Virus record (IMG/VR): IMGVR_UViG_3300027628_000013
Direction: 5' to 3' (one strand)
Length of the DNA stretch: 64,000 nucleotides
DNA from: a virus
Taxonomy: Duplodnaviria > Heunggongvirae > Uroviricota > Caudoviricetes > Herelleviridae
Under the pieces are notes generated by a model. That model was not told the DNA's origin. It made no database searches and was given only the letters and a program-made list of their open reading frames with translations. This document shows positions 36,609 to 45,459 of the stretch, piece after piece; positions within the stretch are counted from its first letter, which is position 1, and every line of letters starts with the position of its first letter. The position numbers were made by a program, and so were the translations under genes.

Positions 36609-39600
36609 ATGCCTACTTTAAAAGCTAGGATTGGTGGTCAATGGGTACCTATCGGTGGCACAGGTGCTATAAGTCAAGGAGACATAGACAAGATATTATC
36701 GGATGCTCAGAAGTATGCAGACCAGCTATGGGATGAGCTAGATGAGGAACTAGCCGATTTAACTAGGGACTTAGGAGACACTAAGGACTATATTGATGGT
36801 GCCTTTAAAGATGGAGTTATCTCAGAGACAGAAGCTAGAAAAATTCAAACGTATCTCAATACCTTAGACTCAGCTAAAAGAGCTTTTGATGAAGAGTACA
36901 TGCATCTGTACAATAACCCTAAAATCAGTACTGAGTTGCAGACTAACCTAGTAACAGCTAAGAACAACTATGATTCCCACTATATGTCCTTAGTCACTGC
37001 TATCAATACAGCTATTGCAGATAATCTTGCTACAGTGGAAGAAGCTAATGCTGTTAACCAAGCCTTTGCTGAGTATAATGATACTATCTCTGTTTTAGTA
37101 GCAATTCTAAAGATTGTAACTGAGTATATTGGTCAGAAGATGGCGGATGAAGCCAATGAAAGTGCTAAACAGTATACTGACGGCATATTTGGTCCTATGC
37201 AGACTCAGATAACTAACATGAATACAACAATTACTCAGAACACAGAGAAAATTGAGCTTTCAGCTACTAAGGACGAACTGACAACAAAGATATCGGAAGC
37301 TAATGCTACTGTTACTGCCGAAGCTAAGAACTATGCAGATGGTCTAAAGAGTGCAACAGATGAGGATATATCTGCGTTACAGGGCTCACTTACTGATATG
37401 GATGGATATATTGATGGAGCTTTTAAGGATGGTGTTATCTCTTCTGCGGAATCTTTCAGAATCCAAGGTTACATTAACACTCTGACTTCAAGCAAGAATT
37501 TGCTAGACAATCAATATGCAGAATTGTATGCAAACGTGTACCTGACAGGGACTCCAAAAACAAATTTAGCTGGTGCAAAGTCTGCCTTAGACACTGCCCA
37601 TACGAATCTAATAACGGCTATTAATGACGCTATTGCAGATAGCTCCACTACTCCTGAAGAGTCTACTAATGTTGATTCTAAGTTTGCTCTATATAATGAT
37701 GCTATCAAAATCTTCACTGCTAGGGTACAGCAAGCTACTGATGCTATTGCTCAAGCTAAGTCTAATGAAGCTGAGAAGAACGCTAAGGACTATACTGACG
37801 GTGAGATTGCCCCTATCCAAAATACACTGACTGAGTATGACTCTCAGTTTACTGTAATGGCAGAGGACATAGAAGCAAGGGTTACTAAGGTAGTGCATGA
37901 TGCTGATTTGGCTTCTAACCTACAAGCGGCTAATAAGTATGTGGATGACACCAAGATACTTATTGATGCTGATATTGCTGGAGTGTCAGGAGATGTCACT
38001 ACCCTTAATGAATATGTAGATGGTTCATTTAAGGATGGTATTATATACGAGTCTGAAGCCAAGAAGATTCAGTCTTATATACAAAATCTAGACTTATCTA
38101 AGAAGCAGTTTGATAACCGCTATTCTGAAATTTATAACAATAGTGGTCTTACAGGTCAGACTAAGACAGACTTAGCTACTGCCAAGACTGATTATGACAA
38201 TAAGTACACAGCTCTGATAGCTGCTATTAATAATGCTATCTCAGATGGAAAGTCTAACCAAACAGAGGCAGATGAGGTAAACAGTAAATTCACTGCTTAC
38301 AATGGCACAGTTGCACTATTAGCTACTTTGTTAGAGAAGGCTGTGGACATCATTGGTAAAGCTAAGTCTGATAAGGCTCTAGCAGATGCCAAGAGCTATG
38401 CTGATGGACTGAAGGTCTCTATAGACCAAGCTATATCAGATGTATCAGGTGATGTTGGGGATTTAAATACCTATGTAGACCAGTCATTCAGGGATGGGGT
38501 TATTAGTGAAGCGGAAGCCAAAAAGATACAGGCTATCTTCAAAATCATCCAAGAGTCTAAGTCTAACCTAGACAACAGGTATACCCCTATCTATACTAAT
38601 ACCTACCTAATAGGCACACCCAAGACAGACCTTAGTCAAAGAAAGAGTGACTACGATATAGCATACAATGCACTTGTGACTGACATTAATGACGCTATAG
38701 CGGATGGAAAAACCAGTCCTATAGAGTCGTCTAACGTAGATACTAAGTTCACAGATTATAACGCTAAGTTATCCTCTCTAGTGAACAGTCTTGAAAAAGC
38801 CATTGATTCCATAGCTAAGGCTAAAGCAGATGAAGCCCTTAATGGAGCAAATGAATACACTGATGGTGTTAAGCAGGGTATAGACACCCGTATCGAATCT
38901 GCTGAAGCTTCTATCAAGGCTAATGCAGACAACTTGCTATTAATGGTTAGTAAGGAAATGTATGCGGCAAGTATGATTGGTGTACGAAACAAGTTAATCC
39001 GCACAGGCTTCAGAGAGAACCCAACAGGTTCAGGTACTTTTGAGCATAACTTGGGCTCTACAGTGGGTACAGGTGTCGTTGCTAACATTGCTATTGTTGA
39101 TGAGGACACCGCACCTACCAAAAAAGCTATGAAAATTACTAGAACTGACACGGCAACCGTCAGTGGTGGTAGGTATTGGTATACTGGAGACAGACTAGTT
39201 GTTGGCTCTAAATGGTCTTGGGGTATCTGGGTTAAGGGGACTGGCACATGGCAGATAGGTCACGAGCAAGGAGGTCAAAAGAACGTCACCCTTACTGGCA
39301 CATGGCAGTATATAACTAACACATTCACAGCCAATTCCAGCCAATACAGTACCTTTACTTTCTATAGGGTAGCAGGCAGTAATGCAGGAGGGGAAATTTA
39401 CTTCCACTCACTGATACTATCCGAGGGTGATAAGCTTACTGGAGTTTGGGTTCCTGCTTTAGAAGACACGGATACTCGTATCTCTAGTGCTGAGTCTCTT
39501 ATCAAGCAGAATGCTGATAATATCTTGTTACGTGTTACTAAAGATGGTGTTATCGGGGCTATCAACTTGTCAGCAGAACAGTTACTAATTGACTTTGCAA

Positions 39601-42600
39601 AGATAGACTTCGTAGGTAAAGTTACCTATAATGCCTTTGCTCCTGATGCTAAGACTAAGATTGATGCAGGGGTAGATGCCAAGACTGGACTAGACGGTAT
39701 GGTCATTAGTGGTGTCAATCTGTTAGATGATACCGCCTTCACTAAGCCTGACAAGTATGGTATTTGGGGTGTAGGTACTCTATCTGCTGTCACTACTGAT
39801 ACTTGGGCTGGATACAACTACCTCAAGAATGAGACTAAAGATGCTAGTGGAAATAACCTGACAGTGGCTACAAATACTGCCATTGGGATTCAAAGCCCTA
39901 GAAGTAAGTTTGCTGTTAAGGCTGGTAAGAAGTATACAGTTTCAATGTTTGTTGCTACTAGTGAGCTTAACAAACTTCTAAACTACTGCTACCTTATGCA
40001 TAGTGATGGAAATGGTCATACTGCTTTACCACCTGTGGATATATCTACTTTCCCTGTAGATAAAACTGCATATAGTGGAGCACCTGCTTTATATAACTGG
40101 CACCAAGTGTACTTTACCTTCACTGCTGACAGAGATGACCCTAGTGCTTATATCCTAATCGGGGGTAGAACTGCAAGAGCCTTAGACCCTGCTACAGGAT
40201 ATGCTTGGATTAGGATTGCTAGACTTAAGGTTGAAGAGGGTACAAAACCTACTGCATGGTCTGAGTCTCCTAACGATGTTCAGACGCGTATCAACACAGT
40301 AGCCGACTCGGTTGTAAACGGTAACATCTACGTAAAGGGTACTGGTTCTAACCGTGGAGGTAACCGCATTCTTAAAGTTAACAACAAAGAGATATACAAT
40401 ACTACTGGACGTGGGTTAAGAGTAACCACTCTTGATAGAACTACCTTAGCAGTAGTGTTTGACCAGCTGTATGATGTATACACTACAGGTACTCCTCAAG
40501 ATGATTTTGTTAATAAGCTTAACTCTCTTGACGACTCTGTAATCATTGTAATCTCTTCTTATGATGCTATTAAGACTAACACAACTGCTATATTCAATGC
40601 CCTGACTAGAATAGGTGGTTCAGGTAAGTACCTCACTTACAGAAATCCATTTGCTCTTGTAGGAATTGCAGGTATTGGTAGAAGTGCTGGTATAGAGGTT
40701 ATTTCTAACGGTAGTGCCACTGACCCTAATGCTGAAATCAGTGTTAAGGTAGTTGATGGTATTCCTCAGGGAATCAATACAGGTTCCGCAACGATGGCTC
40801 AGGAAGTCAAAGACACGGTAGACACTAATAAGGACATTTGGGCTCTTGCAAGCAATTTCAGAACAGACGGTACCCTTGACCCTTCCAAGATTTTTGGTAC
40901 TGTTCCTGATAGCAAGGTTGCAGGTGCTACAAACTGGAACTACGCTAAGAGTGCAGTTGACTTATGGCAATGGCAGGGGGATAAGACTGTTATCAATGGT
41001 GGAGTTATAGCAACAAGCACCATCTTTGCTAAGTCCATGCTAATGTCTGACTTTACTAATCTAATAGAGAATCCAGACTTTGAGCAAGATGCAGTAGGCA
41101 GTACGCCTAAGGGTTATGGTTCTACAGTTAGTTACAGACGTGTAGCTGATATCTCAGGCTTCGTTAATGGTAATGGTAGTGCTAGAGCATGGGAGTTTGA
41201 TGCTCGTAGTGGAGCAAACAATAGTGCCTATGGAGACAACCTAATACCTGTAACACCTGGACAACAATTCTATATGGAAGCAGAGGGCAGGTACCTAAAC
41301 ACTGCTGGTACTGGTACCGCTAGGATTGGGTTCAGACGATATGGTGCTACTAGAATAGCCCTAGACTCATGGGATGGAGTGTCCTACTGGAATGAAACAA
41401 CTAAGGTTACAGCTTTCACTAAAAAGGGTGGCACTTATACCGTTCCTGATGGTTGTTACTACCTACAGCCGTATTTCAGCTTTGCTGACAATGGAGAGAC
41501 TACCAACAAATTCTACTTAGATAATATCAGACTTCACCGTATGGCTAATGCCCAGCTGATAGTGGATGGTTCTATCGAAGCTAGACACATCAAGACTGAG
41601 AGCATTACCTTTGATAAGGCAAAGGGTGGTATCTTAAAGCTAGGTGGAGCCAATAATGAAAACGGTAAACTTGAGGTGTATAACTCTAATGGTGACCTTA
41701 TAGCTGACTTAGATGGTGACCGTGGAGGTTTCTCTAAGTTAACAGTAGCTGACCTTGATGCACCTAATATCTTAAGCTATGGATCTGACTCAGTAGAGTA
41801 CTATGTATCAAACCGTAAACTGGACTACACAGGTGCTGTAGACCCCGATGATACTAATGATGGGTTGGGCTGGTTGAGACCTCTAGCTACTATCGGAGAG
41901 GCACTGCGTAGGGTACCTAAGTATAATGATGGCACTATCAAGATAAACATTGCATACAGCTCCATCCTATACGAGGATTTAGACATTGCAGGATTCATAG
42001 GCAATGGATCTATAAGCCTAGTGGCTTCAGGTAGTGGAGTTCAGTTCAATGGTAACGTGTCTATACGTAATAACATTAATAACATCTTTATTGGTGCTTC
42101 TAATACGTACATCACCATCAATGGACGTGCAGGTAGTTATGCTGTGTGCAATATGAGCCAAAGCACTTGTGTAAGGTTTGAACAGGTTAAGGTCTTTGGT
42201 AGCGGTAGTGATATGAACTTCCAGACTACCCAAGGGTATACTGAGCTTATAAACTGTGAAACTTGGACTTGTAAGTACGGGGTAAGTTCCAAATATGGGG
42301 CAACTACCTTTGTAGAGAACGTTACAGGTAAGGCTACAGACATAGCGCTTCATGCTTATGGAGGTAATATAGTAGGTCAAGGTACTGCTCCTGAAGCCCC
42401 TACAACAGTATCTGAGGGTAGAGGCGGTCGTATCGGTGGTCGTGCTAGTGCAGGTTCAGGCTTCACGTTCCCTACACAAACAGCCCCTACCCCTCCAACT
42501 ACTCCTGATGTTACTAAGACCTGGAGTTCCGTAGGTGGTAACTCTTGGAGAGACAACTATGGTGGAGAGTGGTATAACCAAGGTATCGTAGCTCAAGGTT

Positions 42601-42980
42601 CTTGGGGTGGGTTCGGAGTATACCGTGGTCTATGGTTCATTGACCCTAATATGGCTACTACCCTTAGTGGTAAAACTATTAAGAAGATGCGTATCTATGT
42701 TACTCGTACTTCTAGTGGTGGTTACTCCGATACAGTCAACGTAGCCTTTAGAGCTCACAACTATGCTTCTGCCCCATCAGGTGTTCCTAGCTTAGGTGGA
42801 GTGTCTTACAGCGTAGGATTTAAGTGGGGTCAAGGTAAGTGGGTAAACATCCCTAGCTCCATGTGGAATGGCTTCACTACCGGTACCTTCAGAGGATTTG
42901 GTATCTATGTCGGTGGTGGAGGTACTGGAGACTATGCACGATTTGGAACATCTTGTAAGGTAGAGGTAACATATGCATAG
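36609..42980 (+). CDS. Giant tail fiber or spike protein (2123 aa) with four tandem repeats of about 155 aa, a beta-helix-like region and a Gly-rich C-terminus
   Basis: Repeats DG.FKDGVIS..EA.KIQ.Y...L..(S/A)K..(F/L)D..Y..(L/I)Y.N begin at approximately nt 36795, 37395, 37998 and 38470. The C-terminal part carries NGS/NGN-rich beta-helix-like segments and a GGGGTGDY tail. Confidence 0.6.
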   Translation: MPTLKARIGGQWVPIGGTGAISQGDIDKILSDAQKYADQLWDELDEELADLTRDLGDTKDYIDGAFKDGVISETEARKIQTYLNTLDSAKRAFDEEYMHLYNNPKISTELQTNLVTAKNNYDSHYMSLVTAINTAIADNLATVEEANAVNQAFAEYNDTISVLVAILKIVTEYIGQKMADEANESAKQYTDGIFGPMQTQITNMNTTITQNTEKIELSATKDELTTKISEANATVTAEAKNYADGLKSATDEDISALQGSLTDMDGYIDGAFKDGVISSAESFRIQGYINTLTSSKNLLDNQYAELYANVYLTGTPKTNLAGAKSALDTAHTNLITAINDAIADSSTTPEESTNVDSKFALYNDAIKIFTARVQQATDAIAQAKSNEAEKNAKDYTDGEIAPIQNTLTEYDSQFTVMAEDIEARVTKVVHDADLASNLQAANKYVDDTKILIDADIAGVSGDVTTLNEYVDGSFKDGIIYESEAKKIQSYIQNLDLSKKQFDNRYSEIYNNSGLTGQTKTDLATAKTDYDNKYTALIAAINNAISDGKSNQTEADEVNSKFTAYNGTVALLATLLEKAVDIIGKAKSDKALADAKSYADGLKVSIDQAISDVSGDVGDLNTYVDQSFRDGVISEAEAKKIQAIFKIIQESKSNLDNRYTPIYTNTYLIGTPKTDLSQRKSDYDIAYNALVTDINDAIADGKTSPIESSNVDTKFTDYNAKLSSLVNSLEKAIDSIAKAKADEALNGANEYTDGVKQGIDTRIESAEASIKANADNLLLMVSKEMYAASMIGVRNKLIRTGFRENPTGSGTFEHNLGSTVGTGVVANIAIVDEDTAPTKKAMKITRTDTATVSGGRYWYTGDRLVVGSKWSWGIWVKGTGTWQIGHEQGGQKNVTLTGTWQYITNTFTANSSQYSTFTFYRVAGSNAGGEIYFHSLILSEGDKLTGVWVPALEDTDTRISSAESLIKQNADNILLRVTKDGVIGAINLSAEQLLIDFAKIDFVGKVTYNAFAPDAKTKIDAGVDAKTGLDGMVISGVNLLDDTAFTKPDKYGIWGVGTLSAVTTDTWAGYNYLKNETKDASGNNLTVATNTAIGIQSPRSKFAVKAGKKYTVSMFVATSELNKLLNYCYLMHSDGNGHTALPPVDISTFPVDKTAYSGAPALYNWHQVYFTFTADRDDPSAYILIGGRTARALDPATGYAWIRIARLKVEEGTKPTAWSESPNDVQTRINTVADSVVNGNIYVKGTGSNRGGNRILKVNNKEIYNTTGRGLRVTTLDRTTLAVVFDQLYDVYTTGTPQDDFVNKLNSLDDSVIIVISSYDAIKTNTTAIFNALTRIGGSGKYLTYRNPFALVGIAGIGRSAGIEVISNGSATDPNAEISVKVVDGIPQGINTGSATMAQEVKDTVDTNKDIWALASNFRTDGTLDPSKIFGTVPDSKVAGATNWNYAKSAVDLWQWQGDKTVINGGVIATSTIFAKSMLMSDFTNLIENPDFEQDAVGSTPKGYGSTVSYRRVADISGFVNGNGSARAWEFDARSGANNSAYGDNLIPVTPGQQFYMEAEGRYLNTAGTGTARIGFRRYGATRIALDSWDGVSYWNETTKVTAFTKKGGTYTVPDGCYYLQPYFSFADNGETTNKFYLDNIRLHRMANAQLIVDGSIEARHIKTESITFDKAKGGILKLGGANNENGKLEVYNSNGDLIADLDGDRGGFSKLTVADLDAPNILSYGSDSVEYYVSNRKLDYTGAVDPDDTNDGLGWLRPLATIGEALRRVPKYNDGTIKINIAYSSILYEDLDIAGFIGNGSISLVASGSGVQFNGNVSIRNNINNIFIGASNTYITINGRAGSYAVCNMSQSTCVRFEQVKVFGSGSDMNFQTTQGYTELINCETWTCKYGVSSKYGATTFVENVTGKATDIALHAYGGNIVGQGTAPEAPTTVSEGRGGRIGGRASAGSGFTFPTQTAPTPPTTPDVTKTWSSVGGNSWRDNYGGEWYNQGIVAQGSWGGFGVYRGLWFIDPNMATTLSGKTIKKMRIYVTRTSSGGYSDTVNVAFRAHNYASAPSGVPSLGGVSYSVGFKWGQGKWVNIPSSMWNGFTTGTFRGFGIYVGGGGTGDYARFGTSCKVEVTYA

Positions 42981-43055
42981 GATAGGTAGGGGTGTTTGAC
43001 CCCTGCCTTACTTATGTAATTCTAATTAATAAAGCTATTATGGAGGGGATTAACA

Positions 43056-43661
43056 ATGACAACTGCATTAGAGCAACGGTTATTAGCAGTAGGATTCAGT
43101 AAATTCACAACAGATGAGAAGAACCAGTTTGTCATGGAGCTGGCTAGTAAGCTTGATATGGCTTTTACAGATATCACAGAAGCTTACGTATTTGAGTATC
43201 ACAGGGAGCTTAAGAAAGAAATTATGTCTCTTACATGTGAGGACGCTATCCTAAAGGGTTTTGTTGCTTCTAATGGTCACCATTACCGCACAAACAGAGA
43301 TGACCAAATAAACTTCCTAGGTCAAAAAGAAGAATTGAATGATAACCCTACTGTTACTGAGGTTGAGTGGAAGACTGAGGATGCTGGCTATATAACCCAT
43401 ACAAAAGAAGACTGGATTAAAGTCTTCTATGAAGCACTGAGATTCAAGAGCAATAACCTTAAAAAGCTGTCAAGAATTAAGGGGTATATTACCTTAGCTA
43501 GAACTGACGTTGAGCTTACAGCTATTAAATGGACTACCTTTGAGACAGATTTCCCTACTGAAAATCCTGAACACACAGACTATGAAGAACCTGTAGAAGC
43601 AGGTGGAGATGGCTCTGGAGAAGGTAACCCAGTAGAGGACAAACCTCTATCTGAACTATAA
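43056..43661 (+). CDS. Hypothetical protein (201 aa, acidic C-terminus)
   Basis: RBS GGAGGGG. Confidence 0.45.
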   Translation: MTTALEQRLLAVGFSKFTTDEKNQFVMELASKLDMAFTDITEAYVFEYHRELKKEIMSLTCEDAILKGFVASNGHHYRTNRDDQINFLGQKEELNDNPTVTEVEWKTEDAGYITHTKEDWIKVFYEALRFKSNNLKKLSRIKGYITLARTDVELTAIKWTTFETDFPTENPEHTDYEEPVEAGGDGSGEGNPVEDKPLSEL

Positions 43662-43673
43662 GGAGATGAAGTC

Positions 43674-44132
43674 ATGTTACAGATAGGTGATATAGTTTTT
43701 GTTAGGGGGACTTCCCTAATATCTCAGATTATAAGAAAGATTGACGGTCAGTACAGTCATGTTACAATGATGGTAACAGACTATGACTCCATTGAAGCTG
43801 TGTATCACTCTAAGTGCAAGATAATGCCTTTTGAGCATGAGGACTATGAGGTACTTAGATTAAACCTAACAGAGGAACAAAGAGCTAAAATACTATCTGT
43901 AGCTAAGACACTTGAGGGCAAACGGTACGACTTCCTTCAGATACTGAGGATATTGTACGAGGATTTATTTCACCGCAAAGGAGAATACAAATTCAATAGC
44001 CCAAACCGCTTAATATGTTCAGAAGCAGTAGTAATCATACTTCAGGAGATAGGGGCTATACCTAGGGGTATTGTTCCAAAAGACACCACCCCCAACCGTT
44101 TATATGAATATCTTAAAGATTACACTAAGTAG
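43674..44132 (+). CDS. C92/YiiX(YaeF)-family permuted-papain-fold peptidase-like protein
   Basis: Ordered motifs GDIVF...SQIIR...YSHVTMMV...IEAV...YDF...ICSEAVV match the YiiX-family signature (GD[IL].F / SHVG / CSE). RBS AAGGAG. Confidence 0.5.
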   Translation: MLQIGDIVFVRGTSLISQIIRKIDGQYSHVTMMVTDYDSIEAVYHSKCKIMPFEHEDYEVLRLNLTEEQRAKILSVAKTLEGKRYDFLQILRILYEDLFHRKGEYKFNSPNRLICSEAVVIILQEIGAIPRGIVPKDTTPNRLYEYLKDYTK

Positions 44133-44154
44133 AGCTTAAGGCTCTACTTTTTTA
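44128..44154 (+). terminator. Rho-independent terminator (AGTAGAGC-TTAAG-GCTCTACT + TTTTTTATTT) overlapping the stop codon
   Basis: Perfect 8-bp stem with a T-run. Confidence 0.6.
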
Positions 44155-44217
44155 TTTGTGACCTATAACACGATATTATGATTAGACTGTCATTTAAACT
44201 AGAGGGGTGTTTCACTT

Positions 44218-44817
44218 ATGAAGGATATCGAACTTTATAGTCGAGGGGGTGAGGGCTTGATTAGGTATTATACGGCTCAGTTAGCTAATGGATTTGAATG
44301 GAAAGTGGTGGCAAGTATTATAGGAACTACAATCTCTATCATAGAAGGATTTTATGGTAGTATTCTTTGGGCGTTTCTAGCTCTATTCTGTTTTGATTTA
44401 ATAACTGGTATAATGAAGTCAGTTAGGAATGGTGTTCCTGTAACTAGTCGTAGACTTAGGGATTCAGTGGTTAAGCTGGGTTCGTATATGATCCTTATAA
44501 CTGCCCTAATCATCACAAGCAAGTTTGAAAAAAGCTTTTCTCCTGTAGTCACTACTGTTTACTATTACTTTATATTCACAGAGCTGAAATCCATTATAGA
44601 AAATGTAGGGGAGATGGGTGTTAAGGTTCCAGCTTTCCTTAAGGACACGGTAGAGCAACGTACAGGTAGTGAAGAAATTACTAAGGTTAAGGAGACTCCT
44701 AACGAAAAGATAACTACTAGCACAAAATATGAGGTTGAGGTTACTCCTGAGGATAATAAAATTGTAAACCGCACCACAGAAGAAAAGGAGATAGTTATCA
44801 AAAAGGAGGATGAATAA
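44218..44817 (+). CDS. Holin (phage_holin_4_1-like, three predicted TM segments) with a long hydrophilic C-terminal tail
   Basis: Hydrophobic segments WKVVASIIGTTISIIEGFYGSILWAFLALFCFDLITGI and LGSYMILITALIITS, plus the conserved ELKSIIEN motif. Confidence 0.55.
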   Translation: MKDIELYSRGGEGLIRYYTAQLANGFEWKVVASIIGTTISIIEGFYGSILWAFLALFCFDLITGIMKSVRNGVPVTSRRLRDSVVKLGSYMILITALIITSKFEKSFSPVVTTVYYYFIFTELKSIIENVGEMGVKVPAFLKDTVEQRTGSEEITKVKETPNEKITTSTKYEVEVTPEDNKIVNRTTEEKEIVIKKEDE

Positions 44818-44818
44818 T

Positions 44819-45217
44819 ATGCAAGAGATTATTTCTAATTTGGCAGTCACAATCATTACCGTTTTAGTAGTAGTTGTTGGAGCTGTAGGTTCAGCGGTAC
44901 TAGTTAAGGGCAAAGAAGCCTTAAAGAGTGCTAAGCATAAAGATGAACTTGGTATCATCGATATTGTCACTGAACGTATGGCAGGGTTAGTGGAAGCAGA
45001 GTTTAAGGGAGCTAGTGGTGAGGTTAAGCTACAGAAAGCTCTGGCATTAGCTTCAGATACTTTGGCTCGTAAGGGTATCAAGGTATCAGAGGAAGAAATT
45101 AGAGCAGGCATTGAAGAAGGTGTACGTAAGCTACCTAAAGAGGTTAAACTCAGCTTTGGTTCGGGTCTTACTAACACACATGGTGAAATTAAGGTGCCTG
45201 ACGACACAATCAAATAA
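44819..45217 (+). CDS. Small membrane protein with one N-terminal TM helix (possible second holin or antiholin-like component)
   Basis: Start reset to the ATG at 44819 (RBS AAAAGGAGGA 8 nt upstream). TM segment LAVTIITVLVVVVGAVGSAVLV. Confidence 0.45.
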   Translation: MQEIISNLAVTIITVLVVVVGAVGSAVLVKGKEALKSAKHKDELGIIDIVTERMAGLVEAEFKGASGEVKLQKALALASDTLARKGIKVSEEEIRAGIEEGVRKLPKEVKLSFGSGLTNTHGEIKVPDDTIK

Positions 45218-45249
45218 CAATTCTAAGCTATGGATGTTATACCCAAGAA

Positions 45250-45280
45250 CCCTTCAAGATTCGTTTTGAAGGGTTTTTAT
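45250..45280 (+). terminator. Rho-independent terminator (CCCTTCAA-GATTCGTT-TTGAAGGG + TTTTTATT)
   Basis: Perfect 8-bp stem with a T-run. Confidence 0.65.
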
Positions 45281-45459
45281 TATGTCCAAATTCTAACAGA
45301 AATTCGCCTATAAGTTACCCTATTAAACACAAACTACTCTGCTAAGTATAGGCTCCATTTGAAATCCCACGCAGAAGGAAGGAAAATTAAAGGAAGAGAA
45401 TAATTTCCTCTGTGCGGTTATTTTAAGTAGGAAATTAAACTAATTGGAGGTAATTGACT

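Noticed and set aside
44506-45213. 235-aa minus-strand ORF overlapping the holin and the membrane-protein genes
   Set aside because: Antisense shadow ORF. It is low-complexity and Ser/Leu-rich, has no RBS, and the plus-strand genes there have strong RBSs and membrane-protein features.
45281-45453. Purine-rich 170-bp leader before the helicase gene (AGAAGGAAGGAAAATTAAAGGAAGAGAA) as a structured element
   Set aside because: Attempted stem pairings did not give a consistent hairpin. It may just be a promoter or 5'-UTR, and nothing could be supported from sequence alone.
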